A DNA stretch of 64,000 nt from Okamejei kenojei (Eukaryota), in the NCBI GenBank assembly GCA_035221665.1, contig CM069142.1, positions 7,192,001 through 7,256,000 on the forward strand, in the 5' to 3' direction. Each line of letters begins with the position of its first letter. Positions within the stretch are counted from its first letter, which is position 1. A program made the position numbers and the translations under genes. Under the pieces are notes generated by a model that searched no databases, was not told where the DNA came from, and worked only from the letters and a program-made list of their open reading frames with translations. Below are positions 1 through 13,728 of the stretch, in pieces.

Positions 1-254
1 GCGAGACGCTATTATATCATTTTTGTTATGCTGGGAAAATGCGGCCTGTACATATATTTTAAATCAGATTTGTTTGCATGGTAGGGAAATTTAATTAGTG
101 AGATTCCGTTTTCTAAATTGCTTCCGTGTAGTACTGATTTCTTTATGCACTTCATCATTTATAGCCAAATTATGAGAGGCACTTGAACCTGAAATTAGCT
201 TAAAGCATTTTTATAATTTTGTATTTATTTTCTCATACTCCTGCACATTAACAG

Positions 255-354
255 TCAAATAGGTACAGATGTTGTCCTAAAGACTCTTACCGTAATGAGC
301 AGAGTCAAACAGTTGGTGCCAAACATGGAAGCAAGCTTTTATAAGGTTTTGCAG
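255..354 (+). CDS. CIP2A: CIP2A internal exon (QIGTDVVLKTLTVMSRVKQLVPNMEASFYKVLQ)
   Basis: acag|...gcag|gt boundaries. Resembles the recalled human CIP2A segment ...LVPGMEVSFYKILQ. Upstream exons lie outside the window. Confidence 0.88.
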
Positions 355-1164
355 GTAAAAATTACGAGTGAATTTAAACATGTACTTTGAAATGTCTTGT
401 TAACTGTTTAATAACCAACTTAAAAGTAAAGTTTGCATTTAACATGATAATTCTTGAACTACTTTGAAAATGATTGTGATTTTCAGCAACCATTGTAGCA
501 GATAACAATATTGGCTCAGATGTTGTGACCATTGGTGAATTGATGCTGCTTATGCAATGGCAGCTAAGAGTCATCAGTAATCCGATGCAGCATCGTGTCC
601 TGTTAAGCGGGGGGTGGGACAACAGGGCATCAAATTGAGTGTTTCTATGAAGATTCATCAGACTAAGTGAGGAAATGCAAGTTAGAATATTTTATTCAAA
701 ATATGTGCAAACAATCAAACTAACAACACAATGTCAATTATGATTAACTTAGCCTTCTGCAGTCCACATTGCAGAGAGAGATGGATACTGGCCTGTTATG
801 TGGTAACCTGAACATGCATCACAACATGTGGTAGTCTGAATGCTCCAGTAGAGAATGATGTGGCCTAAGCTGGTGTGCTTCCACATACTGTACCTACAAT
901 GGAATAAATCTTGCAGGTCCCAGCACACAATTAGGGTGGCTGCAAATAAAACTATCATTGTATAAGCAGATGAATCATACAAGGAACAGTTAAAGGTCAA
1001 CTGTTGTAGCTAAAAGGCTCTCCCTAGCTGTGCATCTTTAATGTAGCAGAAATTCATTCAGGGATGAAACTTTGTATTCATGTATTTTCAGAGAAAACGT
1101 TTGAAATATTCCTTGTTTTTTTTTATAAAGTTTCTTGATATTCAAAAATGTTTTCTTTTCTGTA

Positions 1165-1445
1165 TAGAATAGAAACATAGATAATAGGTGCAGGAGGAGG
1201 CCATTCGGCCCTTCGAGCCAGCACCGCCATTCATTGTGATCATGGCTGATCGTCCCCTATCAATAACCCGTGCCTGCCTTCTCCCCGTATCCCATGACTC
1301 CACTAGCTCGAACTCTCTTAAATCCATCCAGTGACTTGGCCTCCACTGCCCTCTGTGGCAGGGAATTCCATAAATTCACAACTCTCTTGGTGACATTTTT
1401 TTTTCTCCCTTCAGTCTTAAATGACCTCCTCTTTATTCTAAGAAC
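1165..1445 (-). mobile_element. CR1 LINE 3' fragment
   Basis: Reverse complement of the CR1 3' end seen at 4300-4480 and 42600-42780. Confidence 0.75.
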
Positions 1446-1782
1446 TTATTCTTATAATGTCAGCGGTCTCTTAAACAGTTAATCTAATGCTCTTTCTTTC
1501 CCCAAGGGTTTTTTGTTCATTATCAAAGGTCACAGCCATCAATATGTTCTGATATTAGTATCTTGTCATTTTTCTCTGCTCCTATTCAGCTATTGCATAT
1601 GGTGATCATTTTAATAAGGAGGCACTTTTAAATTGTCAGTTACATTTTGCTATGATTATTTTGAATTCCTGCCTACTTTGCACTTCTTTGGAAGAAATGA
1701 AGAAAATTCTGAATTATTGATCAAAAATGGTACGAAGCTTTGGCTTGACTGCCTTTTATAGTTTTTCAAATGTTTTGCCCAG

Positions 1783-1901
1783 GACCAGCGGCTTACCTCA
1801 GCTTTGTCGTTTGCATTGTCGTCCGAGCACAGAGAGTACGTCCAGTTTGCGTTAAGGATTCTGTTCGAGGCAGCACCTTTGCCTGATTTTCCTGCAATGA
1901 T
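1783..1901 (+). CDS. CIP2A: CIP2A exon ([39 protein letters not shown])
   Basis: ccag|gac...at|gtaagt. [10 protein letters not shown] motif of CIP2A. Phases are compatible with the neighbouring exons. Confidence 0.93.
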
Positions 1902-2379
1902 GTAAGTGCTGCGATACCTCGTTTTATTCTTGGTTGCTAAGAATAGTTACTAACTGATACAAATACAGAGCATCAATATTGTAAGTACGGTGGATCAATA
2001 AATATATTGTTGAGGTAATTTTGTGAGATAATGCCCCCTTTAAACCCTCATTTGAACGGACCCCTTTATAACAGATTGTGGTTATAGCAGACGGACCCGC
2101 CCATGCCACCCCCGGCTCACACCGCCTCCCCAGCCGCTTCCAACCCCAGCTTTTGACCCCAGCCCTGGCTCGCAAGGTGCACCAGTGAACCCCTCTTCAC
2201 CCACCGCACGGTGCGTCTGGTTGGCACGGCTGTTGCTGCGGCTCACGTTGTAGCCAATGGTGACAGTGCTTCTGCAGGCTGCAGGTTGCCACCAGCGACA
2301 GGGTGCGCTCAGTCACTGCAGCTCCCTCCCTTCAAACCGGCTGCTGCTTCTTCCTGTCATCCGTCACTTTGTCCGCTCT

Positions 2380-2750
2380 CCATTCCACCACTGCCGCCTC
2401 CTCCTTCTCCCATCGCTCTTTTTGCCCCCCACTGCCACCTCCTCCTCCTCCCATAGCTCTCTTTGCTCCCCCGCCTCCTCCTCTTCCTCCCATCGCTCTC
2501 TCTGTCCCCGCCACCTCCCATTGCTCTCTTTGCCCCCCATTCCACCCCTTGCCACCTCCTCCTATTCCTCCCATCGCTCTCTCTGCCCCCCCGCCACTTC
2601 CTCCCATCGCTCTCTCTGCCCCCCCCCCCCCCCCCCCCCCCCCGCCACTTCTCCCATTGCTCTCTTTGCCCTCCACTCCCCCCCCCCCCCCACGCCACCT
2701 CTTCCTCCTCCTCCCATCACTCTCTCTTTGCCCCCGCCGCCTCCTCCATG
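2380..2750. repeat. C-rich degenerate tandem repeat (CCCATCGCTCTCTCTGCCCCC-like)
   Basis: Visible repeated units. It is the source of the spurious Pro/Gly-rich ORFs here. Confidence 0.8.
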
Positions 2751-3160
2751 GTCCCCCTGAGTTGCCGACATACTCCACCTTGGATGTTTGGGGAGATATA
2801 CATGGCAAGAAGGTTCTTGATTTATAGCTTGGGGGTATCAGTAATTGAAAAGAATGATCGGCCTGAGGAGGCACGTAGGTCATATTGATGAAGAGAATTT
2901 TTATTAAATAGAATACAAAAATATAATTAAAATTGAATTAAATCAATTTTCTGCAGTATATTACTTTCAACATTCACTTTCAATGTTTTTACTTCATCTT
3001 AACATGGTAAATTTTGGATGTTATAGCCATTCTGTTTGGTCAATTTTAAACATTATGTTTGGTCAATTTTGTAAATATTCTCATTGTGATTGGCTTTATA
3101 CACCCTCAGTAAAGAGCTGAGGGGATGGGTTTTGCATTGACGCTGTTGTGATTGTTTTAG

Positions 3161-3341
3161 GCTTGGAGAGAGCATTGCTGCCAATAACGCATGTAAGCAA
3201 CAAAATGGTGACCACATCATGAAGAAAATCCCTGTGCAACAGCATTCAGCAAACTTTGTAACACCAAAATGTTCAAGCACTGCCGATGCTAACAGATCAA
3301 ATATTCATGAATTGATAAATAAGTTGCAATTAGGAACAGAG
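3161..3341 (+). CDS. CIP2A: CIP2A exon (LGESIAANNACKQQ...IHELINKLQLGTE)
   Basis: ttttag|g...gag|gtctgt. LGESIAANNA motif. Confidence 0.92.
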
Positions 3342-3724
3342 GTCTGTATACACACAATATACAATTATGATTGCAATCAATGACGGGCATTTGATGGTAC
3401 TAATTGCTGATTGATATTGGCATGTTTACTGGGTTCAGCTCTCAGTATGCCAGAGAGCAAGTAGTGTGTGTCCAATGATTTCAACCATATGTTCTTCACA
3501 ATGTTGTGAACATTTGGAATAAGACTTTGTCATTTTTATTCCCAAATCTCTTGTGATAAAAGCTAGCCTAGTTCAGCAACCTTCTACGTGGAATTTTATT
3601 GAAATCATTTATTGAAGTTGCACATCCATTACTTTCGTATCCATACTGGCACTATCATCAAAAAACTACTTTAAATAAATTGTCAAACTCGATTTCCTTT
3701 ATGTAAGACCATATTGACCATATA

Positions 3725-4480
3725 AGAACAAGGCAGATTATTATCTGAATGGTGTCAGATTAGGAAAAGGGGAGGTGCAACGAGACCTGGGTGTCCCTGT
3801 ACATCAGTCACTGAAAGTAAGCATGCAGGTACAGCAGGCAGTGAAGAAAGCCAATGACATGTTGGCCTTCATAGCGAGAGGATTTGAGTATCGGAGCAAG
3901 GAGGTCCTACTGCAGTCGTACAGGGCCATGGTGAGGCTACACCTGGAGTATCGTCTTCTAATTTGGTCTTCTAATTTGAAGACTGACATTCTTGATATTG
4001 AGGGGGTGCAGCGTAGGTTCACCAGGTTAGTTCCCGGGATGGCGGGACTGACATATGATGAAATAATGGATCGACTGGGCTTATATTCACTGGAATTTAG
4101 AGAGGGGATCTTATAGAAACATATACAATTCTTATGGGATTGGACAGGCTAGATGCAGGAAAAGTGTTCCTGACGTTGGGAGAGTCCAGAAACCAGGGGT
4201 CACAGTTTAAGAATAAGGGGTAGGCCATTTAGGACAGAGATGAAGAAAAACCTTTTCACCCAGAGAGTTGCGAAACTGGAATTCTCTGCCACAGAAGGTA
4301 GTTCAATTCACGGGATGTTTTCGAAAAAGAGTTGGATATAGCTCTTAGGGCTAACGGAATCAAGGGATATGGGGAAAAAGCAGGAGCGGGGTACAGATTT
4401 TGGATGATCAACCATGATCATATTGAATGGCGGTGTTGCTCGAAGGGCCGAATAGCCTACTCCTGCACCTATTTTCTATG
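3725..4480 (+). mobile_element. 5'-truncated CR1 LINE
   Basis: ORF 3775-4116 (QRDLGV...KKANDMLAFI...EGVQRRFTRL) is the CR1 ORF2 C-terminus. Confidence 0.9.
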
Positions 4481-4487
4481 ATTCTGC

Positions 4488-4715
4488 AGGGCCTGTCCCA
4501 CTTATGTGATTTTTTTTCTGCGACTTACCGGCACCCGTCATGGTCGCAGCAGTCGCGGGGTGACGCCTGTATGGTTGTGAGTAGTCGCCCAAAGAGTCGT
4601 ACCTTTTTCTGGTTGCCCGCTGGATTTTCAACATGTTGAAAATTTTCGGCGACCTGCTGCGACTATAACGGGTGCCGGCAGTCGCCGAGAAAATTGCGTA
4701 AGTGGGGCAGGCCCT
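4488..4715. mobile_element. MITE with GGGCCTGTCCCAC TIRs (PIF/Harbinger-like)
   Basis: agggcctgtcccactta ... taagtggggcaggccct. Confidence 0.75.
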
Positions 4716-4871
4716 TGAGTCCTCCCTCTGTTTATGTGTTATGTTATTCTAACGTGAATCCTGATCACCTGTAACTTTTCCCCTTTATTTTCAACAATCT
4801 TGCTTTAATTGGATTGTTTTTGTAAAGCTGCTTAAAATGACATGTAGCAACATAAATGCATCTTTTCACAG

Positions 4872-4946
4872 CTGAAGGAACAAGTCAAGGATGTTAGGCT
4901 TTCAGATGTGATGGATGTCTATGAACAGAAGCTTTCTTCCCTTGCA
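4872..4946 (+). CDS. CIP2A: CIP2A exon (LKEQVKDVRLSDVMDVYEQKLSSLA)
   Basis: cacag|...gca|gtaagt. Matches recalled DVRISDIMDVYEMKLSTLA. Confidence 0.93.
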
Positions 4947-5874
4947 GTAAGTGCCATTGAAATGACACATAAGCTTAAAACTGTAACGCCAATGTGCCAC
5001 AAAATGATTAAAGACATTATCATATACTGTTGTATTAATTACATTTTTTTTTAATTCAAAAGCAGAATAATCATGGGAATTTTTTTATTGCAGTTACAAT
5101 CATTTGGGGAGATTATTCCACTGGTCTTTAAAGCAGACTCCAGATTTCATTTACACATAGATCCAATTTTAAGAATATGTAGTTTATCTGTAAAAATGCA
5201 ACTTAATCATTTTAATGTTTAAGAAAGAACTACAGATGCTAGTAAAATCGAAGGTAGACACAAAATGCTGGAGAAATTCAGCGGGTGAGGCAGCATCTAT
5301 GGAGAGATGTCTACCTACATTTGTGTCTACCTAATCATTTTAATTACTGTCCTCATGTATTTCTGATGTATTTCTGCAACCACCAATTTGTCTCTATACC
5401 TGATGACCGTTGCAACATGAGAGTTGAGATCCTAAAGGTGACATGCAAAGTAGAAAGGGCAGTTTTTTCCTTTGATGCAGGAAATGAACGTCAGTCTTTG
5501 ATACTTCCAAGATGAATATTTTATACAGTCTGCTCATTTAAGTGAACATGGGTTACAGCATTAATTTAAGAGCTACCTTTAAGAGCTCTATCTAACTCTC
5601 TCTTGAAAGCGTCCAGAGAATTGGTCTCCACTGCCTTCTGAGGCAGAGAATTCCACAGATTCACAACTCTCTGGGTAAAAAGTTTGCTATTGACATTATT
5701 AATGGACATAATAATGTGAAAAATACCAGTGAGTATGGCACTTCTGCCCTTGTGTAGAAGGCTTAGTGGCATTTCCCCTCAAAATTTGTCTCCTAAAACA
5801 GAAACATTGTCTTTTCTGTTTATTTATTTCCACATCTTTCTTCGCTGAAGACACCTTTACCTCACAATAGTGAT

Positions 5875-6048
5875 GGGCCTGTCCCACTTAGGCGATTTTT
5901 TTGGGGCGACTACAGGCGACTGGCGCAAAATTGTCAATGTGTTGGAAACATTTTGGCGACAGTGGTGACAATTTTGCAGTCGTAGGTGTTGTCGTAGGTG
6001 AATTCCATTGAAACTAGTCCCTGGCAGTTGCCTACGTGGGACAGGCCC
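5875..6048. mobile_element. MITE of the same TIR family
   Basis: gggcctgtcccac ... gtgggacaggccc. Confidence 0.75.
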
Positions 6049-6145
6049 ACGAGGGTCAGCATTTTTGGAGTTTGCAATGCTACAAGCAATCTTGTTGTGA
6101 AACGTGCTTCAATTTTGACAATATTTAATATGCCTCTTTGTTCAG

Positions 6146-6256
6146 TCCAAAGAAAATCGTTTACAAGATTTGTTGGAAGCTAAAGCGCTGGCCCTAGCAC
6201 AGGCTGACCGTTTGATTGCCCAGTATCGTTATCAGAGAGCCCATGCAGAGGCAGAG
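6146..6256 (+). CDS. CIP2A: CIP2A exon ([37 protein letters not shown])
   Basis: ttcag|...gag|gtatgt. Highly conserved [14 protein letters not shown]. Confidence 0.95.
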
Positions 6257-6672
6257 GTATGTTGATACGTAACTTTATCAGATACAACCTCACATTAGTT
6301 TAAGTTATCGTTTGCAATTCAAGTGATAAATTTAGCAGAAAAATTAACTTTGAACTGTCGGATTATAACTGCTGTATGTTTCAACCACAAATGGATTTTA
6401 AAAGTGATGCAGAGAAAGCTTTTTATTAGCTGTGGAGATCAAATCCATGGAATGGTTTCTAAAGCAACCAGGGTTTAATGAGGACAACTGAAAAAACTGA
6501 GATGGAAAGGCGGTTAATGATCTGGAAACTGAGAGTGACGAGTAGCAGTCGTGGAATGAGGCCGTATTTTAAAGTGCCATGTCTAGCATATAATGTACAA
6601 GGATCTGTCCTATACATTTATTCTGAACTGTTGCAATTTATAAATTATGATGTATTTGTTTTTGAGCTGTAG

Positions 6673-6869
6673 GCACGACAATTGGCCTCACTTCTGATGG
6701 AAGCAGAGAGAAAAAATGAAGAACTTGATGGAGTGCTGAAGACTCAGCTGCTGGAAGCTGACCGTGCCAAGGCTGATATTGAACAGCTTTATCATCACAA
6801 TTGTAAACTACAGACTGTAGCTGATGAGCACGAATCCTTAAAGATTACTTCAAAAAATCTTTCTCAAAA
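6673..6869 (+). CDS. CIP2A: CIP2A coiled-coil exon ([18 protein letters not shown]...KNLSQ)
   Basis: gtag|gca...aa|gtaggc. Overlaps ORF 6682-6873. ERKNEEL motif. Confidence 0.93.
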
Positions 6870-7311
6870 GTAGGCTTTGCTTATTTTTGCTTTATTGATC
6901 ATATATTCCAGCTGCCTTGAAGACGTTCATAGGTTTGGCATGGGAGTACATATGCAATAGTTGAGGGTTTTCTGCAAGGCACAGTTACGTAGGTTTGATT
7001 CCTTCATGTGGAAAGCAAACAGATGCTTGGAAGAAAATGGAATTGAGGGCGATTTCTCCCAGGCAACTCTTGTCCATCTCCTTGCGTCCTTTTTCAAAAT
7101 AGCAGTAATAAATACATTGGGCACCAAGCAACAAAAAGGGACTTCAAACAGCGAAGGAACATGAGGGGTAAAGTTACCTGTGGGAATATATTTAATACAC
7201 CTACTGTGAGAAAAGTTAGGCATTCCTGAGAACAATTGTATCAGTGTAACTATTCATAGTCTGCATATTTTTGATCAGTTAATCATTAATTCATAAATAT
7301 TTTCCTTCCAG

Positions 7312-7425
7312 TCTTGATAATGTTGAAAGGCAATTTAAAGAACTTCAGATTGAATATAAATCATTGGGCAAGCAATGTGAAATGTTCAAAAAGCAAGTTG
7401 ATTCACTTAAGCAACAGAATGACAG
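7312..7425 (+). CDS. CIP2A: CIP2A coiled-coil exon (LDNVERQFKELQIEY...LKQQND)
   Basis: ttccag|t...ag|gtaagc. Phase 2-2, open frame. Confidence 0.88.
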
Positions 7426-7532
7426 GTAAGCCCATCTTAGGATGTGTGTTTAGACATGGTATTCATACATCCTGGTGTCATGTTTGTCAGATGGGAAATA
7501 CAGCAACAAGTCTTTTCTGTTTTGGATCACAG

Positions 7533-7615
7533 ATGCCATGCTCAATTCGCGGAATTGGAAGCACAGAAAAATGAGATATGCATCCAGTTACAGGAAAAGG
7601 ACAATAAATTATTGG
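7533..7615 (+). CDS. CIP2A: CIP2A coiled-coil exon (CHAQFAELEAQKNEICIQLQEKDNKLL)
   Basis: cacag|a...g|gtttg. Phase-compatible. Confidence 0.85.
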
Positions 7616-8777
7616 GTTTGATATACATTTTATTTTATATCTTTTTTATAAAGGTTTATTTGGGGGAAAACTTGATAATTAGCATGAAAGCTACATTTAA
7701 TGTTTTTTCTAATTTTAGATTTAGAAAATATATGCCATAGAATATGAGGCATAGCACTGGATGTTTAGAATTTTATGTTATTTGCAGAAATATGCCGTAC
7801 ATCTTTTCTCCCACCTTTCTTATCCTTCACCTCATGTGACTCTTTCACGTTTGAGAAGTTGTTCCTATTATGGGATGGTGTGGAGGTCTGTAACCATATA
7901 GCAAGTTGATTGTTAGAATCACAGTCGAAATTGGGTTAAAAAACAAATTTGATCTACGAGTTATAAATAGTGTTCTTCTTTGCATACAAAAACCTGGAAC
8001 AAACAGCACATCCTCAAGAATCTCTCAGTTCAATTCATTGTACAGATAAAAAGTACCTAGATGCATAACGCACAGGTACACTCATACATGTGGTTCAATG
8101 TAATTTGCAGATTAATTTTAGTTCTTGTGCCCCCAGATCTTATACCATCTCAATGTTAATATATTTTTTATAAAACAAATATTAGATCAAGAAGAAATTC
8201 TTCTGAGGAAGATTTCTCGATTAAATTGAGTGACAAAGACAGCTTAATTTCTTTTCAGTTGCTTCTGCAATTTTGTTTGAATTCTTGTGGGGGAGCAAGT
8301 TTTGTCATGCCCCGTCTGCCCCGTATTCTTTAAGGTTCTTGACAGAAGGAATTACTGGAACACACTGTTCTACATTGGTATCCTGTGTTTTGACCAGCAG
8401 ATGATAATTGGAATGATTGAAGGAAATGACTGGGCAAAAATGAATTAAAAAGCCTGGGTCTGAGTTTTAACTTAAGGGGAAGATGTACAGAAAATTAGGA
8501 TTAAAAAAACCACATGCAAAATTACAGATGTCATTGCCATGTCTGAAATGGGAGATTGATATTTCAGACATTTCCGGAGTTTTGTCAAAAACCATCATGA
8601 TGAACTGGAAGGTTGAAGGACTGGCAATTTTCTGACCTGGTGAAACTGAAAATATTGCTGAAACGTAACGCAGTATGCAGTGGACGAGATATCCAATGCA
8701 AAATAATATGCTTGGTTATAACGTGATAATTATTCTCTCTGTGCGCCATTCTTAAACTGTCTTATAATGACTTGCAG

Positions 8778-8917
8778 ATTTACAACAAAGGTCCCAGGCA
8801 CAACACGAAAAAATAAAAACAATGGAAAAGGAGAAAGAGGACATGGAAGAAGCTATTAGTGCACTCCAAAGGGAGCTTAGCAAGATCGAGTTAGCACGGA
8901 AAGAACTCAGCATTAAG
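8778..8917 (+). CDS. CIP2A: CIP2A exon (LQQRSQAQHEKIKTMEKEKED...RKELSIK)
   Basis: ttgcag|at...aag|gtacac. RKELSIK motif. Confidence 0.92.
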
Positions 8918-9174
8918 GTACACAATCTGCTGCCTATTTGAACAGTATTGTTAATCAGTCTTCTCAGGATACTCAGTGTGTGAAGACTGTGATATGCAAT
9001 ATTGCTGCTGAATATTCTGTTAAATAGTTGCAGAGAGTAAACTGATTATGAGAGTTGTAATTCTGATTACGAGAGGGCAGTGAGCACTCCAGTTTGAGAG
9101 AAAATCTCGGGCATTTTTAATGCTTGGATTAGAAATCATAACTTCATAAACAGTTCAAAAATTGCCTGATCCTT

Positions 9175-9620
9175 TAGACAATAGACAATAGGTGCAGGAG
9201 TTGGACATTTGGTCCTTCTAGCCAGCACCGCCATTCACTGTGATCATGGCTGATCATCAACAATCAGTACCCCATTCCTGCCTTCTCCCCATATCCCTTA
9301 ACTCCGCTACTTTTAAGAGCTCTATCTAATTCTCTCTTGAAAGCGTCCAGAGAATTGATCTCCACTGCCTTCTGAGGCAGAGAATTCCACAGATTCACAA
9401 CTCTCTGGGTAAAAAGTTTTTCATCATCTCCGTTCTAAATGGCCTACCCCTTATTCCTAACTGGCCCTGGTTCTGGACTCCCCCAACATCGGGAACATGT
9501 TTCCTGCGTCTAGCGTGTCCAATCCTTTAATAATCTTATACGTTTCAATAAGAACCCCTCTCATCTTTCTAAATTCCAGTGTATACAAGCTCAGTCACTC
9601 CATTCTTTCAACAAATAACA
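9175..9620 (-). mobile_element. CR1 LINE 3' fragment
   Basis: Antisense CR1 3' end with a (tagacaa)n tail. Confidence 0.8.
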
Positions 9621-10151
9621 GTTTGGGATTTGTCAGAAGATAAATAAAATGTCCTATACACAGCTTGGTATTCCATGTACACAGCTGTGGCACTGCCTTT
9701 TTCTGTTCTCTCAGATAGGAGGGTAATTTTTAAGTTAGAGCATGCATATTGGTGGAGGTTGCCTATAAAAAGCATGGGGATTTGGTGGAATTCAATTCTG
9801 TTGTGCATTGAGTTTGTCAGTAATTATTTATTAAAAATTGTTTAAATCTATTGACATTCTTGAGAATTTTAAAGTCCACTTTACATATTTTGCTTATACT
9901 TAAAGTTCTCAAGTATTTATAATTCATAGGTAGACAAAAGTGCTGGAGAAACTCAGCAGGTGCTGCAGCATTTATGGAACAAAGGAAATAGGCAACGTTT
10001 CGGGCCGAAACCATTCTTCACCCGAAACGTTGCCTATTTCCTTCGCTCCATAGATGCTGCTGCACCCGCTGAGTTTCTCCAGCACTTTTGTCTACCTTCG
10101 ATTTTCCAGCATCTGCAGTTCCTTCTTAAACTATTTATAATTCATATTTGT

Positions 10152-10195
<44 letters not shown>

Positions 10196-11297
10196 TTAGT
10201 TGTGACATTCTGGAAAGTTCAAGTTCAAGTGAGTTTATTGTCATGTGTCCCTGATAGGACAATGAAATTCTTGCTTTGCATCAGCACACAGAACATAGAA
10301 GGCATTTACTACAAAACAGATCAGTGTGTCCATTTACCATATATAAATATTTACACACAAATGAATAAATAAACTAATTAAGTGCAAATAACAGATAATG
10401 GGTTATTAGTTATCAGAGTTTTGTCCGAGCCAGGTTTAATAGCATGATGGCTGTGGGGAAGCAGCTATTCCTGAACCTGCACGTTGCAGATTTCAGGCTC
10501 CTGTACCTTCTACCTGAAGGTAGCAGGGAGATGAGTGTGTGGCCAGGATGGTGTGGGTCCTTGATGATACTGCCAGCTTTTTTGAGGCAGCGACTGTGGT
10601 AAATCCCCCCCGATGGAAGGAAGGTCAGAGCCGTACAACAAATTTGGCTTCTAATATGCCTAATAATATTGGTATATTGGCATTTTCAATACAGATCACC
10701 CAAAATTAACAAAGTACCCAAAGTCCAATAAATTTTAAGTGGAAATTGTGGTCAGTATGAATAGAATTACTATGAACTTTTACATATACCTCCAGATATG
10801 TAGACAGCACTGGATCAAAGTTAATCACAACCGCTTGTTTGCTGCTTGCTTCCTGTAGACTTCAAGGAAGCACTTCATTTTTTCGCCAATCGGTTTTAAA
10901 CGTTCTTTTAAATATTCAGTCATAAAAATGCAATAATAAAAACTGATTTATATCCATAATGGAATTAGTTAAATACATCTTTAAAATTTTCAATTACTTT
11001 TTACTTAAAATCAAATTATGGGTTAATACTGAAATATTTTTTATGATTAAAAATCATTTTTCAACTGTATTAATTAAACTGCTCTAGGTTAGTTTTACAG
11101 TGACAAACATACTTTGGTTGATGATAGAATGTATGTTCAGTGATATATAAATCATTGGGCAGAACTAAGCCAAAAAAATCATTTGCAATTTGTGTACAGG
11201 TTTCTCATTGCAACCAAAGTAGAACGAAATGTAGCTTTGGGTGAACGTATTCATGTGATTTTATTCTGCCTCATGTATCTACTTTATATGTTCATAG

Positions 11298-11468
11298 TTG
11301 TCATCCTTCGAAGTACAGAAATCACAGCTGGAGGCCCGGTTACAACAACAGGAAGCGTTGGTCCATGCACAGCAGGAAGAACTCAGCAAGCATTCCCAGA
11401 TGATAGCAATGATTCATAGCCTCAGTAGCAGTAAATTACCGTCAAACACTGTCAATCTCAGTCTGTAG
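11298..11468 (+). CDS. CIP2A: CIP2A terminal coding exon ([12 protein letters not shown]...[32 protein letters not shown])
   Basis: ttcatag| acceptor and TAG stop. Matches the recalled CIP2A C-terminus ([19 protein letters not shown]...VNLSI). Confidence 0.95.
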   Translation: MSSFEVQKSQLEARLQQQEALVHAQQEELSKHSQMIAMIHSLSSSKLPSNTVNLSL

Positions 11469-12350
11469 CCTTGCTGCTTTCTGGCATTTTAATGTGAACA
11501 GAAATGGAGCTGAGATCAACTGTTACCTTTAAGTCCCTGTGGCTGGAAGATTACATGTTCTACTATGGGATTAAAGGTACAAATTATTTTAAAGTAAATT
11601 TTAAGCCATTAAATATGAGCAGCATTATTTAAAGTGCTGGCTTTGCAAGCAAGTATTTGATGCTACTTGAATTACAATGCTCTGGGCCTTATTATGTGCA
11701 AAAATACTGGCTTTGCAGGCTGTAGATTTGGTGTAGTCACATTTAGTCTTGACCGCATTTTCGTTCGTGATATAGTAAAATATTGCGAATAACCAAACAT
11801 TTCAGTAGTGTGTATATATCGAGGAGGTGTCCTTTAGATTTGGACAATAGTTCTTTCAAACTTGAACAAGCCTGTACCTAGTGATAGAGTAGTGGAATTT
11901 TACCAATATATTAATACTTGATATGGGTCGACCATTAAATCCTGCCCTGGATTCTAATATCCAAATCCAGTTATAATTATCCTTTATCAATTCTACATTT
12001 GATTTTATTGCAGTATTTAAGATGAGTAAATTCATCTTAATTGTGATGTTCATCGGCTCGTGCACAAAGAAAGTAGTTTGAAGTTATTTTTCAAACTTCT
12101 TATAACGATGTCTGACAGCTTGTACAACAAAACCCAGTCCACTGATTTAAAATTTAAGCTAATCAATGTCTTCAACTAATTACATTGCAAAAAATGACCA
12201 TGTGCACCTCTCACTGATTCGACTCATTTTCACAATAGTAAAGAGTTTTGACACTATATTGAATCGGGTGCTCGTTTTATTCATACTCAATTTTAGTTAG
12301 CAGGCTCATCCAAACATTCAGTGTACATCTTTCTTTCATCCTGTTGACAA

Positions 12351-12484
12351 AATAAACCTTTTAAATATGAATATGTTTTAAAATAGTGCAACTATAGTTT
12401 ATACAAAATGCAAGTCGACTAATATTTTGTTTCTTGCACAAAATATCAATGTTTTAAACTTTGTGTAAAATTACTATTAATAAA
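12351..12484 (+). terminator. Candidate CIP2A polyadenylation signals
   Basis: AATAAA at 12351-12356 and 12479-12484, at the end of an AT-rich 3' UTR-like region. Confidence 0.55.
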
Positions 12485-12788
12485 TTGCAAATGGATTGTT
12501 CATTCCTCCTGTTGACATGACTTTTAAAACATTGGCCAGAGAGCCCTCGCTGCCTAAAGATGGGGTAATTGACTGGGAAGGGTGCTCCCAATTCAACTAT
12601 TTAGAGACTGATGAAATTTAACATATGGTGGATGCTTTAAATCCAGATTGAAAAGTTAGTTCATATGACGTGGGGCAGAATTAGGCCATTTGGCCCATTG
12701 AGTGCTTTGTTATTCAATCATTCCTGATCTATCTTCCCCTCTCAACCCCATTCTCCTGCCTTCTCGCTATCACCTTTGACGCCCTCAA

Positions 12789-13089
12789 ACCCCTGTCCCA
12801 CGGTACGAGTTCATTCCAAGAGCTCTCCTGAGTTTGCCTTGATTCGAACTCGGAGATTTACGGTCATGGCCACTCGTCGGTACTCGGGGCTCTCGAGGAC
12901 ATTTTTCAACATGTTGAAAAATCTTCACGAGTTTTCCCGTGCTTACCTGCTGTTAGCGTTACAAGCCGCTAAGAGACATCCCCGAGCTCTGATGTACCCA
13001 CTACGTTCATTCTCTGTGCTTACCCCAAGTTTGATTTTTTTAAAACTCGGGAGAGCTCTTGGAATGAACTCATACCGTGGGACAGGGCT
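12789..13089. mobile_element. MITE with about 38-bp TIRs, inserted in a CR1 fragment
   Basis: ccctgtcccacggtacgagttcattccaagagctctc versus gagagctcttggaatgaactcataccgtgggacaggg. Confidence 0.8.
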
Positions 13090-13728
13090 ATTTTTTACTA
13101 ATCAATTAAAGTGACAAATTAAGTACCATTAAGCAAGGAAGCAGGCGATCTCTGCTTTAAAAATATCCATCGACGGGCTCCACCACTGTCTGTGGCAATG
13201 AATTCTACAGATTTGAGGTCCTCTGGCAAAGGAAATTCCTCCTCATCTCCATTCTAAAGATACGTCCATTTGCTCTGAGGCTGTGCTCTCTGGTCCTGGA
13301 CTCTCCCGCTTGTTTCTTGTCGATTAAGACCAAGTCTGGGTCGCTGCACTTCAAAATCAGTACCGGTAATGTAGCTCATCCAATCCTGGAGTCCGAAATC
13401 TGTTGTGAAGTGAGATCCTCCCCAAATGTGACTACTTATCTCAGTCTGGGTAACTGATCGAACTGCTCGGTGATTCAGATAGATAGACATTTAGCATGAT
13501 GGCACTGTTCCAGTGGATCAGGAAGTTACTCAGGTTGAAATAATCCTTGTTGCTGGAAATGGAGTTCAGAGGTACATGTAGGAGATAAAACCCAGTACTT
13601 GACTCCAGCACAAATATAAATGGAAAGACACTATCCACACCACATTTGTTCCAGGTTTGGTAATGCTATAATTGTAACTGCATGAACCCTTCTGTTGCAA
13701 AAGGTCCGAGCTAATGCCTGTGAGAATT

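Noticed and set aside
2211-2888. Long Pro/Gly-rich ORFs on both strands (also 15372-16021 and 61195-62191)
   Set aside because: Translations of C/G-rich low-complexity DNA, open in many frames, with no domain signature.
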